Positions 19,364 to 28,189 of a DNA stretch of 64,000 bases are shown here, piece after piece (the first letter of the stretch is position 1; every line of letters starts with the position of its first letter). Below the pieces are notes generated by a model that was not told where the DNA came from, did no database searches, and worked only from the letters and a program-made list of their open reading frames with translations. Source of the DNA: Bacteriovoracia bacterium (GTDB lineage: Bacteria; Bdellovibrionota; UBA1018; JBFWNL01); the NCBI GenBank assembly GCA_050251055.1, contig JBFWNL010000005.1:226451-290450 (forward strand). The letters are read 5' to 3'. Made by a program: the position numbers and the translations under genes.

Positions 19364-20185
19364 CTATTGGGCGGCAATGTACTCAAGAACTCTTTCTCCA
19401 AAGGAAGTTATCAGTGCAAAGTCGTTGCCGTTGATCTCTGACTTCGCGTGAATACAACCCTCTTGAATTAGCTCACTGAAACACGTTCTTGCATGAAAAA
19501 TCATGGCCTCGTCGGTGACCCCTTTGTTTTTGAGGTATTCCTTGGCAATACGAAACGCCCAGTCGTTGGAGATGTCCGGCGCATCTGTTGCATCCATCGT
19601 GGTAGGCTTCGAGCGGGCAATGGGCCAGTTATCTTTGTCCTTGAGGATCAAGAGAGATTTTAAGTCCATACGTGTAATGGTAGTTATCACTGCACGATGC
19701 GATTCAAACTCTTCACTTAGGTCGCTTTCAAGAACTCGCCTCAGTGAACTCGCTAACAATTCAATCGCTTCGGGAGATGGAATTTCAGACACCATCTTCG
19801 ACTCGATTTTCTTATAGAGTATGTTGCCTCGTGGATCAGCAATTAAGCTGGCAATACCCACGATAACCCGTTCAATGTCATCGGTTTTATTTAGGTAGGC
19901 CTCGAACAGCAGTTCCTTCTTCTTTTTCTCGACTGCCTCATCAATCTTTTCTTTAGTTTCAAGAATCCTCTTCGCTTTGTCTGCTCCCGGAATCAAGGAC
20001 ACGACCGTATCAACTATAGTTGCGGCGAGTTCCCTACCTTCGATTTCTAAGTTCTCATTGTTGGTCAATTCGATTGAATGAAGTCGATCTTCCAATGACT
20101 TCACAAGAGCCGCTCTTTTTTGAGGCTCAACAACTTCCACTTGAGGTGCCCGAGTGATCAATGTATTTTCATTTTTTGAACTCAT
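19364..20185 (-). CDS. Hypothetical protein, last gene of candidate defence operon
   Basis: AGGAG RBS, 9-nt gap after the nuclease gene; helical N-terminus and winged-helix-like C-terminus (ELIQEGCI...ITSFGERVLEYI). Confidence 0.7.
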   Translation of the reverse strand: MSSKNENTLITRAPQVEVVEPQKRAALVKSLEDRLHSIELTNNENLEIEGRELAATIVDTVVSLIPGADKAKRILETKEKIDEAVEKKKKELLFEAYLNKTDDIERVIVGIASLIADPRGNILYKKIESKMVSEIPSPEAIELLASSLRRVLESDLSEEFESHRAVITTITRMDLKSLLILKDKDNWPIARSKPTTMDATDAPDISNDWAFRIAKEYLKNKGVTDEAMIFHARTCFSELIQEGCIHAKSEINGNDFALITSFGERVLEYIAAQ

Positions 20186-20194
20186 AGCATCTCC

Positions 20195-20674
20195 TTAATC
20201 CAATCCTAACAAGTCCCATCGACCCAGATACTTATCATCGGAATCAACAAACTTTCTCATGGTGGTATCCTGTCGTGCCTGTCCCTTTTTTCCGGGAGTT
20301 TTGAGCCACGTTTGATGATCTCTTTTTATGAACTCGGCAATGACCTTGCTGGGAACCACATGGAACTCTGGGTACCTCGATTCAGTCCCAAGATTGACAA
20401 GAACGTAGAAGAAATTTGATCCGACTAAATCCTCGGCCTTCTTATTAAGAAGCCAATACTTGCGATAATCCTGGTTACTCTTCACTTGGATCGCTGCCGT
20501 TGTTGTAGCGGTCGCATTTGTGGCGAGAATGTCGACTCCCTTTGCATTTCGTAGCGTGATACATGCGAGATAGCCTCTGCGGCACAACTCGGCCGCCACC
20601 GAATATTCTCCGGCAACACCCGAAAGTCCTGATGAAATCTTCGTTGGTTTCTGAAACTTTGTTTGATGCTTCAT
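20195..20674 (-). CDS. PD-(D/E)XK-superfamily nuclease (start revised, ATGA overlap with ATPase)
   Basis: GVAGEYSVAAEL..RGY, GVDIL, IQVKS restriction-fold motifs. Confidence 0.8.
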   Translation of the reverse strand: MKHQTKFQKPTKISSGLSGVAGEYSVAAELCRRGYLACITLRNAKGVDILATNATATTTAAIQVKSNQDYRKYWLLNKKAEDLVGSNFFYVLVNLGTESRYPEFHVVPSKVIAEFIKRDHQTWLKTPGKKGQARQDTTMRKFVDSDDKYLGRWDLLGLD

Positions 20675-23124
20675 TGCTTGGGCCTTAGATTGAAGTTGAT
20701 GGTGCCACACTCACATCGAACTGTTTCGGGTTGCCCCTTAATGGGCGATACATAAAGCCATGCTTTGCACCCCCCACACTGGAGGGTTGCTATCAGAGCT
20801 TTGAACGCATCAAGAACCTTACGGAACTCGGGAGGCGAAAGATTGACCCACTCGTTGTAGTGAACCGACGCATTGACCGCCCATTGTTCAGCGTTTGTAG
20901 CCGTATACTTACTACCGAAGTCTGAACTCAGTGCCGACACCTTTTCAACCACGTCCTTCTGATTCCAAGAATTTGCTGCGGCATTGGCTTTCTTAAAGAT
21001 GTCTTTGATTCGACCAGCTACCGCTGGCATTAAATCACCCAGTTCGTAATTTGCAGTTGGCCGAGCTTCGACGGTAGCCCTTAGTTTGAAAGATAACTCT
21101 GCCATCAAAAACTCAAGGTAACGACGAAGGGTTCCAGCAGCGTCCGTAACCTTGCTTTCTCCTAGGTCTTTTTCAATTTCAGTCCACACTTCGCCCATGT
21201 CCCATGCTGCCGGGCCGTCAGCCACAGTCCATTTCCTGAAATGAAGAAGATTTTTGTTAGTCACAACACCTTCGAGACTTAGCTGTTTGCCCCAAACTTC
21301 ATCGTGCGTAGTAATGATGAGCTGCACACTCTGAAATTCAGTCTTCAATAACTTGCAAACCTCACGGCGGTGGCTTGAATCGACGGACATCAACACATCG
21401 TCCAGAAGGCATAGCGAGAAGGACTCTCCAAGTAGTCTTTTCGACAATGCTAAATAAAGGCAAAGGCCCATTCCATCTTGGTGGCCTTCGCTGTGATAGG
21501 CATTGGGCGGGAATTGTCCACGACCATAGAAATCAACTTCAAAATTGAGCGAGCCATCAGTGGGACTCAGCTTTGCCGAAAATCCCGCCTCGTCATCGCT
21601 GTTCAACATTTGATAGTAGCGGGCGAAATCCTTCTCAACCTGACTGTACAAAGTAGTTAGCGTTTTTTCGCTTACATTCGTAAAGTGAGCAAGAGTAGCT
21701 GTCGCAATCGCCGCTCGTTTCTTTTGGACATCATGCTCTGACCGAGCACTACGAAATAAGCGAAGTCTTTCATCCGCGAGAACAAGGTATTGTTTGGCAC
21801 CCTCTTCCGCAGTCAAATCCGGCAACTTATTTACTTCGGCCTCTAGGGTGTCCAAAAACCTTTTGGTGGTATCAGCGATACACGATTGAAGACCATTGAA
21901 GGCGTTCTTTGCACCGGCTAAGTTTTCAACCGGTCTCAACAACGACGCTTCTAAGTCACGAAGTTGAGATGCAGCTTCTTTAAGAGCCTTTTCGACTTCA
22001 ACCAGACCGAGAGTTTGAGCAACAGTCGTGAGTTGTTCAAAATCTGAGGCATTAGTACGAATTACCTGGACGGTTTCTGTTGCTGCTTTTTCGATGGCAG
22101 ACTTTACTGCGGCAGCCTGTTGCCCCTTCTTGATCTTTTCTTGAAGGTGCGTGCGGAGATCACCCTGATCCCATTCTTCGTCACAAAGAGGACAACTATC
22201 ATTTACGATTTTCAATAGGCCTTGCTCAAAAAATGTTTGCTGACTGAGACTTTGCAAGATTTCTGGATTCGACTCCAGGCTTATAATTGCATCAGAACCT
22301 TGCTTTTTTACGACCGAAGTTTTTCCCCAAGGTTTATCCAAATTAGTTTTCAGCTTTGACACTCGCACAGAGCAATCCGTTTTTGAAATCGTCCGTTTTT
22401 TTTCTTTCGAGTCGGAAGCAATGCCATCACTGACTTTGACATCAGCCGTAACATCGCTCAAAGCCGAAAGGCCGAGCAGTATTCGACGCTCGTTGACCGA
22501 CTTTAATAGAGCCTCCTTTGTGAGTTCGGGGAGTTTGAGGTGAGCAAGCAAGTCGGCTTTAGCCTTCGAGTGAGATGCGTCAGCGGCTTTTTCTTCACGA
22601 GCTGCAGTATTACTTGCCGTCTGCAGGCTCGCTCGTATTTTTCCGATGGAGTCTAATTTTAGGAGTTCTTGAACCTCTTTAGCTCTTTGGCCTGGCTCAG
22701 TTAAGATGAATCTCAAAATCTCTTTTCTCGAAAGCGAAAACTCGGGATGGGAAGTAATGAATTGAAGAGCCGCCTTAGTCTCAAGAGTTTCGGGAGTTAC
22801 CGTTGGTTTATTGTGAGCAGCGACGGTGCGCTCGACTGAAAACTTCGTTCCAGAAGGAAGGGACAAGTCCAGCACAACACGACACTTTTCTGGTGCGTCC
22901 TTACAATCGACATGAGGAGCATGACTCTTTACTGATACACCCGATGATCCTACCCCTGTCAGCCGTGTAATTGTGCCAGTTAGACCAAATTCGATCGCGT
23001 CGATAACTCCGCTTTTGCCACTTCCATTGGGACCTTTAATTACTAAGCTCTGTCCCCCAATAGGAATTTGAAGTTTTCTTATACCTCTGAAGTTCTCGAT
23101 AAGAATTGATTCCACCTTAATCAC
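20671..23124 (-). CDS. Rad50/SMC-like ABC ATPase with Zn-hook and extra C-terminal domain
   Basis: IENFRGI, Walker A GPNGSGKS, coiled coils around CPLC hook, signature HSEG, Walker B/D-loop LLDDVLMSVD, H-loop TTHD. Confidence 0.9.
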   Translation of the reverse strand: MIKVESILIENFRGIRKLQIPIGGQSLVIKGPNGSGKSGVIDAIEFGLTGTITRLTGVGSSGVSVKSHAPHVDCKDAPEKCRVVLDLSLPSGTKFSVERTVAAHNKPTVTPETLETKAALQFITSHPEFSLSRKEILRFILTEPGQRAKEVQELLKLDSIGKIRASLQTASNTAAREEKAADASHSKAKADLLAHLKLPELTKEALLKSVNERRILLGLSALSDVTADVKVSDGIASDSKEKKRTISKTDCSVRVSKLKTNLDKPWGKTSVVKKQGSDAIISLESNPEILQSLSQQTFFEQGLLKIVNDSCPLCDEEWDQGDLRTHLQEKIKKGQQAAAVKSAIEKAATETVQVIRTNASDFEQLTTVAQTLGLVEVEKALKEAASQLRDLEASLLRPVENLAGAKNAFNGLQSCIADTTKRFLDTLEAEVNKLPDLTAEEGAKQYLVLADERLRLFRSARSEHDVQKKRAAIATATLAHFTNVSEKTLTTLYSQVEKDFARYYQMLNSDDEAGFSAKLSPTDGSLNFEVDFYGRGQFPPNAYHSEGHQDGMGLCLYLALSKRLLGESFSLCLLDDVLMSVDSSHRREVCKLLKTEFQSVQLIITTHDEVWGKQLSLEGVVTNKNLLHFRKWTVADGPAAWDMGEVWTEIEKDLGESKVTDAAGTLRRYLEFLMAELSFKLRATVEARPTANYELGDLMPAVAGRIKDIFKKANAAANSWNQKDVVEKVSALSSDFGSKYTATNAEQWAVNASVHYNEWVNLSPPEFRKVLDAFKALIATLQCGGCKAWLYVSPIKGQPETVRCECGTINFNLRPKQ

Positions 23125-23303
23125 GAAACCTCCGGTGTGGAGGCAAAAATGACTTTTAATTCAGCTGGCGTAATCGAAGATTTGGTCTCGAAGTGCTTTT
23201 TCAAAAGATCAACGACATGGTTTGGTACGGCATCATCAGCCACCAGGTCCTTAAAGAACTGAGCTAAAATTTCTTCGACAAGTGCGGAATTTTCTTCTTT
23301 CAC
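23121..23303 (-). CDS. Small acidic protein coupled to the ATPase
   Basis: 60 aa, GTGA overlaps on both sides. Confidence 0.65.
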   Translation of the reverse strand: MKEENSALVEEILAQFFKDLVADDAVPNHVVDLLKKHFETKSSITPAELKVIFASTPEVS

Positions 23304-23953
23304 TGTATGACCTCAGCTAATGCGGCAGGAATCACCATGTTGCCGTTCTTGTCTCGAACCACTTTGCGAGATCGGGCATGGCTCATATAGATTGTGCACA
23401 TTCCAATTTGAGTTTTTTCCCCTTCGACTATTTCAGGAATCGTACGTTTGATGCCAAACAAGTAAAAGCCATGAGCTTCTAGCCCTTGAATCTCTTGAGA
23501 AAGTTGAAACTCAATTTTCAATCTTTTTACCGGGTCAGCATCATGCCATCTAACTATGTCCGCTTTTATGTGGGTGACGATGTCTGCCATAGCATTCACA
23601 GCCCGGATATCGTCGGCCCCATCGTGCTCTACTTGAAACCGGTACGCACCCTCGAAAATGTTAGTCAAATCTCTACCCGTAGTGAGTCGTGGCAACAGGT
23701 GTACCTTTTTTTGCGGGATCATTTTTTCTTGAGACTTAGAGGTCGGGTTCAGTTGCTTGACATCCATTCCAAATGCTTGGGCAACCCCCATCAATGTTTC
23801 AAATGATGCAGTCCCATCTTTCTCTAGCCTTTGTATTGTACGAAGGTTGACGCCAGCGACCTCTGCAAGCTGCCTCTGCGGCCATGCACGTTCTTCGCGT
23901 TCCTTTTTTACGAGTTTTGCTCTTCCAATATTTTTTGCCATTGTTTCTTCCAT
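23300..23953 (-). CDS. XRE-family HTH regulator with C-terminal domain
   Basis: WPQRQLAEVAGVNLRTIQRLEKDG. Confidence 0.88.
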   Translation of the reverse strand: MEETMAKNIGRAKLVKKEREERAWPQRQLAEVAGVNLRTIQRLEKDGTASFETLMGVAQAFGMDVKQLNPTSKSQEKMIPQKKVHLLPRLTTGRDLTNIFEGAYRFQVEHDGADDIRAVNAMADIVTHIKADIVRWHDADPVKRLKIEFQLSQEIQGLEAHGFYLFGIKRTIPEIVEGEKTQIGMCTIYMSHARSRKVVRDKNGNMVIPAALAEVIQ

Positions 23954-24104
23954 ACCGGTTCCTTTCGTTTTTCAAAAGAAAATAACCGGTTTGCCAAAAA
24001 GGTGTTACGACACGACGACGACAGTTATGCGACAGTATTATGACTAGGGTCAATACATGCTCGCCAAGTCATCAATCACCGTGGCTATTTGGCGGACCGC
24101 GGCT

Positions 24105-24485
24105 TTAGGGTATCGAAACCAGCGATCGTGCCACAGCCAAAACCGTCGCAAGTTCCTTGTCTCGCATTCGTCGAACCAACTCCAATAGCTCCTGCTCAGG
24201 CGTAACCACCTGTTGATATGTCCTCACACGTTCACGAAAAGTCCCGAGCTGAGTGCCATATACTTTCAATAGCTTCTTCAATTTATCGTGTTGAAGATCA
24301 ATCCGGCCTGTTTCGACGTGGGCGATATAGGTGTCTGACAATCCCACGGCTTCAGCAACTTTTCGCATCGACAGCCGTGCCTCTGCTCGCAGAAGTTTCA
24401 GAACCCGAGCTTCATCGGTCATTACAATTCGGTCACTGCGTTTTTTAGTCCGGTAAGTCTCAATCAAAATGCCTCCAAAATCCAA
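24105..24485 (-). CDS. XRE-family HTH regulator (paralog of 62646-62990)
   Basis: LSMRKVAEAVGLSDTYIAHVETGRIDL. Confidence 0.88.
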   Translation of the reverse strand: MDFGGILIETYRTKKRSDRIVMTDEARVLKLLRAEARLSMRKVAEAVGLSDTYIAHVETGRIDLQHDKLKKLLKVYGTQLGTFRERVRTYQQVVTPEQELLELVRRMRDKELATVLAVARSLVSIP

Positions 24486-24662
24486 AAGTCCCAGAAAAAA
24501 TGTCTACGTGTTTAGTTATCCCAGAGGTTTCCGCGCGGGCTACGAAAATGAAGCGAAAAATGGGCGCGGAACTGTGATTATGAGAGGCCGTAGGTGGTAG
24601 ATGGGGTCATGGGTTCAGTGCTGTCACCGAACGTCAACGTGTTGCTTTGATTCTTGTTTCTT

Positions 24663-24704
24663 AAAAAAGAAAACCCGAACTCGCTTTCGCGGAATCCGGG
24701 TTTC
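24663..24704 (-). terminator. Intrinsic terminator next to att site
   Basis: AAACCCG...CGGGTTT stem with A-run on the left. Confidence 0.6.
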
Positions 24705-24796
24705 AAAACTTGGAACATGGTGGAATCGGACACATTTGATTTGGAATCCATTACTTACGCCTCGTTTTTTCCTATTGTAGGAAAACTCAAGACATC

Positions 24797-26020
24797 TCAC
24801 GACATTCTCGCACTTGGGGCGGTGTTTTTGAATTCAAGTAGGTTCACTACATGATCCATAACTTGATCGTCACTAGTGTGTAAGAGTCGCATTGTTTCTG
24901 TTGCACCTTGCTCGTCGATACCTGCCATACGGATATATCGCTGCATGGTTTTAAGATCCTTCCATCCACAAATTTTCATGACCGTCGTCGGTGGAACACC
25001 ACTCGAAATTATCTGAGTGGCGAAACACGCTCTGAGGGTATGAAATTTTATGGACGTGAGGCCCTCGTCCAAACAGAACTTACGAAGTACAGCAGCTTGC
25101 ATTCCACGATCCCAATCACCGAATCTAGGAAGGACGTGGGACGAATTCCCAGTCTCCTTCTTAAGCTCTACTAAAAACCAGTAGAGTTCACCCGATATTG
25201 GGACAGTCCGCCAATACCCACCTTTAGTTGGCCCAGTGGCTTTGAACCGACCGTTGTAGGTTAGTACAACTCGAATCAAGCCATAGCGCCGCTTGTTTGT
25301 AGGTAATGACTCTTGCTTGCGAGCCTCCTCCTCAGGAATCAATTCAACGTTTGCCCAAGGAAGTGCATGAAGCTCTCCCGACCGCATTCCAGTCAAGAGC
25401 GCAACAGTCCACACCTTATACCAACGATGCCCACGCTCTTTGGATCGGGTCAGAAAGGTCTTGATTTCGGAAAGAGTGAGAATTTCAGGAAGCTTTTCTT
25501 CCTTATCTTTTCCAATATCAATTCCGTAAACCGGGCTGTGATGCACCCCGGTTACGTATCTCTCTTCAATTCCCCAACAGTAGATTTTGTTAATTGTGTT
25601 CCTAAGCTTTCTCAAAAAAGCGGTGTTCTTTCCTGCTTCCTGAGCAAACCTGAGAACTTCTCTACCGTCTCCTCGGTTTAAATCCTCGGCTGATTTTCCG
25701 AACCAAATCCGAGTCCAGCCTCGGACAAGAGCTGCGTAATCGACGATTGTAGTCCTGACCAAGTTTTCAAGACCGTAGGTGAGCTTGTCGTGCTCCCAAT
25801 CGTCGATAATTTCTTCCCAAGTTGCTCCCTTAAGTTCAAGTTTTGCAACTTGCTTTGAAAGCTCCAAGTGGAGTTTCTTTTCTTCTTGAATTGCCGCTTG
25901 CTCACTAGCCAGTCCTCTCATTCGACGCTGTAGTCGAAGATTTGGTCGTCTGCTGCTTTTCACGTCAACATACGCTTGCCAAAGGACGTGACCATTATGT
26001 TCATATTGACTTACTGCCAT
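24797..26020 (-). CDS. Tyrosine integrase of the ICE
   Basis: GMRSGE, FHTLR..FAT, CGWKDLKTMQRY (Trp at the second His position); N-terminal arm-binding-like region. Confidence 0.93.
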   Translation of the reverse strand: MAVSQYEHNGHVLWQAYVDVKSSRRPNLRLQRRMRGLASEQAAIQEEKKLHLELSKQVAKLELKGATWEEIIDDWEHDKLTYGLENLVRTTIVDYAALVRGWTRIWFGKSAEDLNRGDGREVLRFAQEAGKNTAFLRKLRNTINKIYCWGIEERYVTGVHHSPVYGIDIGKDKEEKLPEILTLSEIKTFLTRSKERGHRWYKVWTVALLTGMRSGELHALPWANVELIPEEEARKQESLPTNKRRYGLIRVVLTYNGRFKATGPTKGGYWRTVPISGELYWFLVELKKETGNSSHVLPRFGDWDRGMQAAVLRKFCLDEGLTSIKFHTLRACFATQIISSGVPPTTVMKICGWKDLKTMQRYIRMAGIDEQGATETMRLLHTSDDQVMDHVVNLLEFKNTAPSARMS

Positions 26021-26265
26021 TAGATACCTCTCCTTCTGAGCGATAGATCAAGCAGTGAGTCGAGTTCCGATCTTCGGAAATATAATCGGCGTCTCCATTT
26101 ATGCGCACGAATCTCTCCACGAGATACGGCAGTACGAAGTGCGCCAACTGTTTTTCGAAGATAGGCTGCGGCCTCTTCTGTAGTCATCCAAACCAATTTG
26201 TCAAAGAGCACATCTTTAGGGAGTTCTTCGAGTCCAACTCCCTTAGATTTAACTTCTACTTTCAT
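26020..26265 (-). CDS. Excisionase-like HTH_17 protein (start revised)
   Basis: WMTTEEAAAYLRKTVGALR...LYFRRSELD; stop overlaps integrase start. Confidence 0.85.
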   Translation of the reverse strand: MKVEVKSKGVGLEELPKDVLFDKLVWMTTEEAAAYLRKTVGALRTAVSRGEIRAHKWRRRLYFRRSELDSLLDLSLRRRGI

Positions 26266-26377
26266 ACCACTTTCCTCATGAAAACTCGAGAAAATCGGGT
26301 TGGCACATCCAACCCGCAGTGGCAAAAGCGTCTATAAAAACAGAGTAGATTTGCGAGTTGCAGCGGTCCGTCATGAA

Positions 26378-26797
26378 CTATGGAAATGTCGCTTCAGAGT
26401 TTTGATTTGCCTCTGAAAGCGTTTCTTTTGTGTCTAGGTTCTTTTGTTTTTTAATTCTCGGCTTTCGCTCCTTACGAGCAGTCGGTTTGGCGCTAATAAT
26501 GGCATCCAGACTCATGCTTTCGCCGCGAGAACGGGCCGCCTTCATCTCCTTGAGAGCATTCTGAAGGAACCGAATCTCGTTGTAATAAATGCTCGCTATG
26601 GTCTTTTCCTCATCAGAACTCAAAGGGGCTCTGTTTTCTAGAAGCCAATTGACCATGTCTTTTCGATTGATCGTGACGCCCCGGTTGTTAGCCATAATCT
26701 GTTCAATCTTTTGATCGACGCTCTTAAGCGCCTTTTCCCCTAAGCAAACACGATCCACCGGGCGAACTTTCTTCGATTTCAAGGTTGTATCGTCCAT
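26378..26797 (-). CDS. Hypothetical ICE protein
   Basis: 139-aa basic ORF ending the transfer operon. Confidence 0.7.
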   Translation of the reverse strand: MDDTTLKSKKVRPVDRVCLGEKALKSVDQKIEQIMANNRGVTINRKDMVNWLLENRAPLSSDEEKTIASIYYNEIRFLQNALKEMKAARSRGESMSLDAIISAKPTARKERKPRIKKQKNLDTKETLSEANQNSEATFP

Positions 26798-26802
26798 TCG
26801 TA

Positions 26803-27210
26803 TTACTCCTTACTGAAGGAACTAGGTTTATCAATGAGGTACAAATAGTGACCTTCCTCATACTGTCGCCCATCGTCCGATAGTTTGTCGGGCACCCAGA
26901 TGCTCTTTACCTGCGGATCATTCAACTGGGGGAACTTCGCAACTTTCTCATCTTTAGATGTCGCTTTGGGACCTTTCGATTCGTTGTTCTTATGAACAAT
27001 CAATCCGAACAACGCCCCCGTTGCCGCGCCGATCCCTGCACCTACAAGTGCGCTACTTCCTTTATCGCCCGCGCCGTATCCGATCAGAGCACCGCTTCCG
27101 GCTCCCACACCTGCGCCCAGCAGGACGCTATCGCGCATGGTTGCGCAGCCGCCGACCGCGGCCGCGCCGGCGGCCGCAAGAAGAATCACTCCGAATAACT
27201 GTCTCTTCAT
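26803..27210 (-). CDS. TraV/VirB7-like lipoprotein with glycine zipper
   Basis: Lipobox VGGC, Gly-zipper, C-terminal IWVPD...DG....GHYLYLID resembling TraV. Confidence 0.65.
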   Translation of the reverse strand: MKRQLFGVILLAAAGAAAVGGCATMRDSVLLGAGVGAGSGALIGYGAGDKGSSALVGAGIGAATGALFGLIVHKNNESKGPKATSKDEKVAKFPQLNDPQVKSIWVPDKLSDDGRQYEEGHYLYLIDKPSSFSKE

Positions 27211-27256
27211 AAAAATCTCCTTCTCAAATTTTCAATTTCCAAACCAGAAAGTGGCT

Positions 27257-28189
27257 TTAAGTTCCTAATAAGCGTGATTGGGTCGGGTGATCGCTATTTG
27301 AGCTTTGAGCCAAAGTTATTGTTTTGCTTGGCCTTGTCTTCGAATCGAGCAACACATTCTCGACACTACTGTGTTGGATTCGTGATGGAATTGTGTCGCT
27401 TCCACAGGCATACCCTTGGACGAGAGTTGAATAGAGGCTTTGGTTTTGATCAGCACCCAGAATGGGTTTTGAACTCCAGCCATGTTTTTTCAAATCCGAC
27501 AAAAGAAAGAACGAATGCTTCTTATGGTAACTAGGGTTCTTAGCTGCAAAGATTCTGGACATCATTTGAGCCAATGCTTTATTCCCAACAATCCACATGA
27601 CGCGAGCGATGCTAGTTTCACGGTCATAGAAATAGCTAACTGACTCGTACTCAGTCGGTACTTTCTTGCTGACTTCCACCTCTAATGAAAAGAGATGAGA
27701 GCCACCGGCCACCGGAATGGACCAATACCCGTCAGGCCTGTGGTTGTCGGGTGAAGGAACCCAGCTTGCCAACGCTTGAGAATGGTATCGTCGCAACTGC
27801 TGTTCAGTTATGAACTCTACACCTCTGGGAATCCCAGTAACCCATTCACCAAGGTGAACGGCCGTGACCAAGGTGTCGTGATTAATGTTTTCTGACTTGA
27901 AACCTGTTTCCTTGAGGGGAGGAAAAAGGTCTTTTACTGCTTCGAACCCTTTTTTGGTCAAAGTCCATACTTTAAACTGGCCGCGCTTTTCATGCTGGAG
28001 TTCGACAAATCCTGAACGTTGAAGACGCAACAGCCTGTGGTAAGTGGAGAAATGATAGTCTTCAAAATGGTTTCGAAAGAGGTGCGTGGCGAGTGTGTTG
28101 GTGGTTGCGACCTTCCAAAGCCAAAGAAAGCTTAAAATTGGAATATCGGTTTCAGTGCTGAGGCGAATGGGTTTTTTGCTTTTGTTCAT
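27257..28189 (-). CDS. Replication-relaxation (Replic_Relax) family protein
   Basis: N-terminal wHTH (RLLRLQRSGFV..WTLTKKG), HD, RPDG, LEVEVSKK; coupled to FtsK gene. Confidence 0.7.
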   Translation of the reverse strand: MNKSKKPIRLSTETDIPILSFLWLWKVATTNTLATHLFRNHFEDYHFSTYHRLLRLQRSGFVELQHEKRGQFKVWTLTKKGFEAVKDLFPPLKETGFKSENINHDTLVTAVHLGEWVTGIPRGVEFITEQQLRRYHSQALASWVPSPDNHRPDGYWSIPVAGGSHLFSLEVEVSKKVPTEYESVSYFYDRETSIARVMWIVGNKALAQMMSRIFAAKNPSYHKKHSFFLLSDLKKHGWSSKPILGADQNQSLYSTLVQGYACGSDTIPSRIQHSSVENVLLDSKTRPSKTITLAQSSNSDHPTQSRLLGT

